From Eledone cirrhosa (Eukaryota): 64,000 bases of DNA. The notes below the pieces were generated by a model that was not told where the DNA came from, did not search any database, and saw only the letters and a program-made list of their open reading frames with translations. Below are positions 63,301 to 64,000 of this stretch, piece by piece. The stretch spans positions 59,334,001 through 59,398,000 of the forward strand of contig OZ024745.1 of assembly GCA_964016885.1 (NCBI GenBank), given 5' to 3'. Made by a program: the position numbers and the translations under genes. Position 1 is the first letter of the stretch. Each line of letters starts with the position of its first letter.

Positions 63301-64000
63301 ACTTGGAGTGAGAACCTCGACTTGGAGTGAAAACCTCGACTTGGAGTGAAAACCTCGACTTGGAGTGAAAACCTCGACTTGGAGTGAGAACCTCGACTTG
63401 GAGTGAGAACCTCGACTTGGAGTGAAAACCTCGACTTGGAGTGAAAACCTCGACTTGGAGTGAGAACCTCGACTTGGAGTGAGAACCTCGACTTGCAGTG
63501 AGAACCTCGACTTGCAGTGAGAACCTCGACTTGGAGTGAAAACCTCGACTTGGAGTGAAAACCTCGACTTGGAGTGAGAACCTCGACTTGGAGTGAAAAC
63601 CTCGACTTGGAGTGAGAACCTCGACTTGGAGTGAGAACCTCGACTTGGAGTGAGAACCTCGACTTGGAGTGAGAACCTCGACTTGGAGTGAAAACCTCGA
63701 CTTGGAGTGAAAACCTCGACTTGGAGTGAGAACCTCGACTTGGAGTGATAACCTCGACTTGGAGTGAGAACCTCGACTTGGAGTGAGAACCTCGACTTGG
63801 AGTGAGAACCTCGACTTGGAGTGAAAACCTCGACTTGGAGTGAAAACCTCGACTTGGAGTGAGAACCTCGACTTGGAGTGAGAACCTCGACTTGGAGTGA
63901 GAACCTCGACTTGGAGTGAGAACCTCGACTTGGAGTGAGAACCTCGACTTGGAGTGAAAACCTCGACTTGGAGTGAGAACCTCGACTTGGAGTGAGAACC
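57360..64000. repeat. ~3.4-3.6 kb higher-order unit (180-191 monomers) repeated to the window end
   Basis: GAAAGCCTCGATTT 57399/61028 (3629), CTCGTCTTGGACT 57836/61465 (3629), CCGCG pair 59527/62947 (3420). An earlier copy of the same unit spans 49627/53085 (3458). Confidence 0.83.

Larger units (their letters stand above)
1..64000. repeat. 19-bp tandem satellite array, consensus GTGARAACCTCGACTTGGA, ~3,368 monomers, single orientation, extends beyond both window ends
   Basis: Seen directly. Monomers start at 1+19k up to 35227, at 35243+19k up to 49550, at 49570+19k up to 57322 and at 57342+19k to the end (last partial monomer at 63992). No non-repeat sequence was seen. Confidence 0.99.
35243..64000. 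repeat. Right sub-array (domain R), marked by CCGCG, CCACG, CCCCG, CTCGCC, CCTAGA, TTGGGG, TTGCAG, GTGACAAC and GATTT variants
   Basis: These variants begin at about 35.45 kb (AACCGCG and AACCACG near 35452-35490) and persist to the end, while the domain L marker cassettes vanish. Confidence 0.88.

Noticed and set aside
1-64000. CRISPR array or other repeat-spacer system
   Set aside because: Repeats abut directly with no unique spacers, and there is no leader or cas gene in the window.
1-64000. Telomerase-synthesised telomeric tract (long-unit type, TTGGAG resembling TTAGG-like motifs)
   Set aside because: The strand G-bias is weak, and kb-scale duplications with shared rare variants indicate recombinational amplification rather than templated addition. 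A subtelomeric location cannot be excluded from this window.
1-64000. Nine monomers equal 171 bp, the alpha-satellite or nucleosome repeat length
   Set aside because: Numerical coincidence. I saw no nine-monomer periodicity in the variants and no sequence similarity to alpha satellite or a CENP-B box.
1-64000. Synthetic concatemer or sequencing artefact (rolling-circle or adapter multimer)
   Set aside because: Variants are hierarchically shared among duplicated blocks with private SNVs and domain structure, which random error or a clonal concatemer would not produce. Exact copy numbers could still be mis-assembled.

Overview
The whole 64 kb window is one uninterrupted head-to-tail tandem array (satellite DNA) of a 19-bp monomer, consensus GTGA(A/G)AACCTCGACTTGGA. 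It holds about 3,368 complete monomers in a single orientation and runs off both ends. I see no unique sequence, gene, RNA gene, mobile element or CRISPR spacer. The giant minus-strand ORFs are a by-product of the monomer: its reverse complement has no stop triplet and 19 is not divisible by 3, so all three frames give the same 19-aa repeat. The real information is in the variant pattern. (i) Monomer position 5 is a roughly balanced A/G binary site. (ii) The 19-bp register is almost perfectly kept: I find only three length changes, a 16-bp monomer at 35227 and 20-bp monomers at 49550 and 57322. (iii) Two sub-array domains with different diagnostic variants meet at about 35.2-35.5 kb, next to the single deletion. 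(iv) Nested higher-order duplications run from 2 to about 409 monomers. (v) A 34-monomer tract is shared between the two domains 20.8 kb apart. (vi) The CpG in each monomer is rarely lost. This looks like a young, actively homogenising satellite, probably eukaryotic and possibly centromeric or subtelomeric. I cannot name the family or organism from the sequence, and I found no support for a protein-coding system. All counts are by eye and by coordinate arithmetic.
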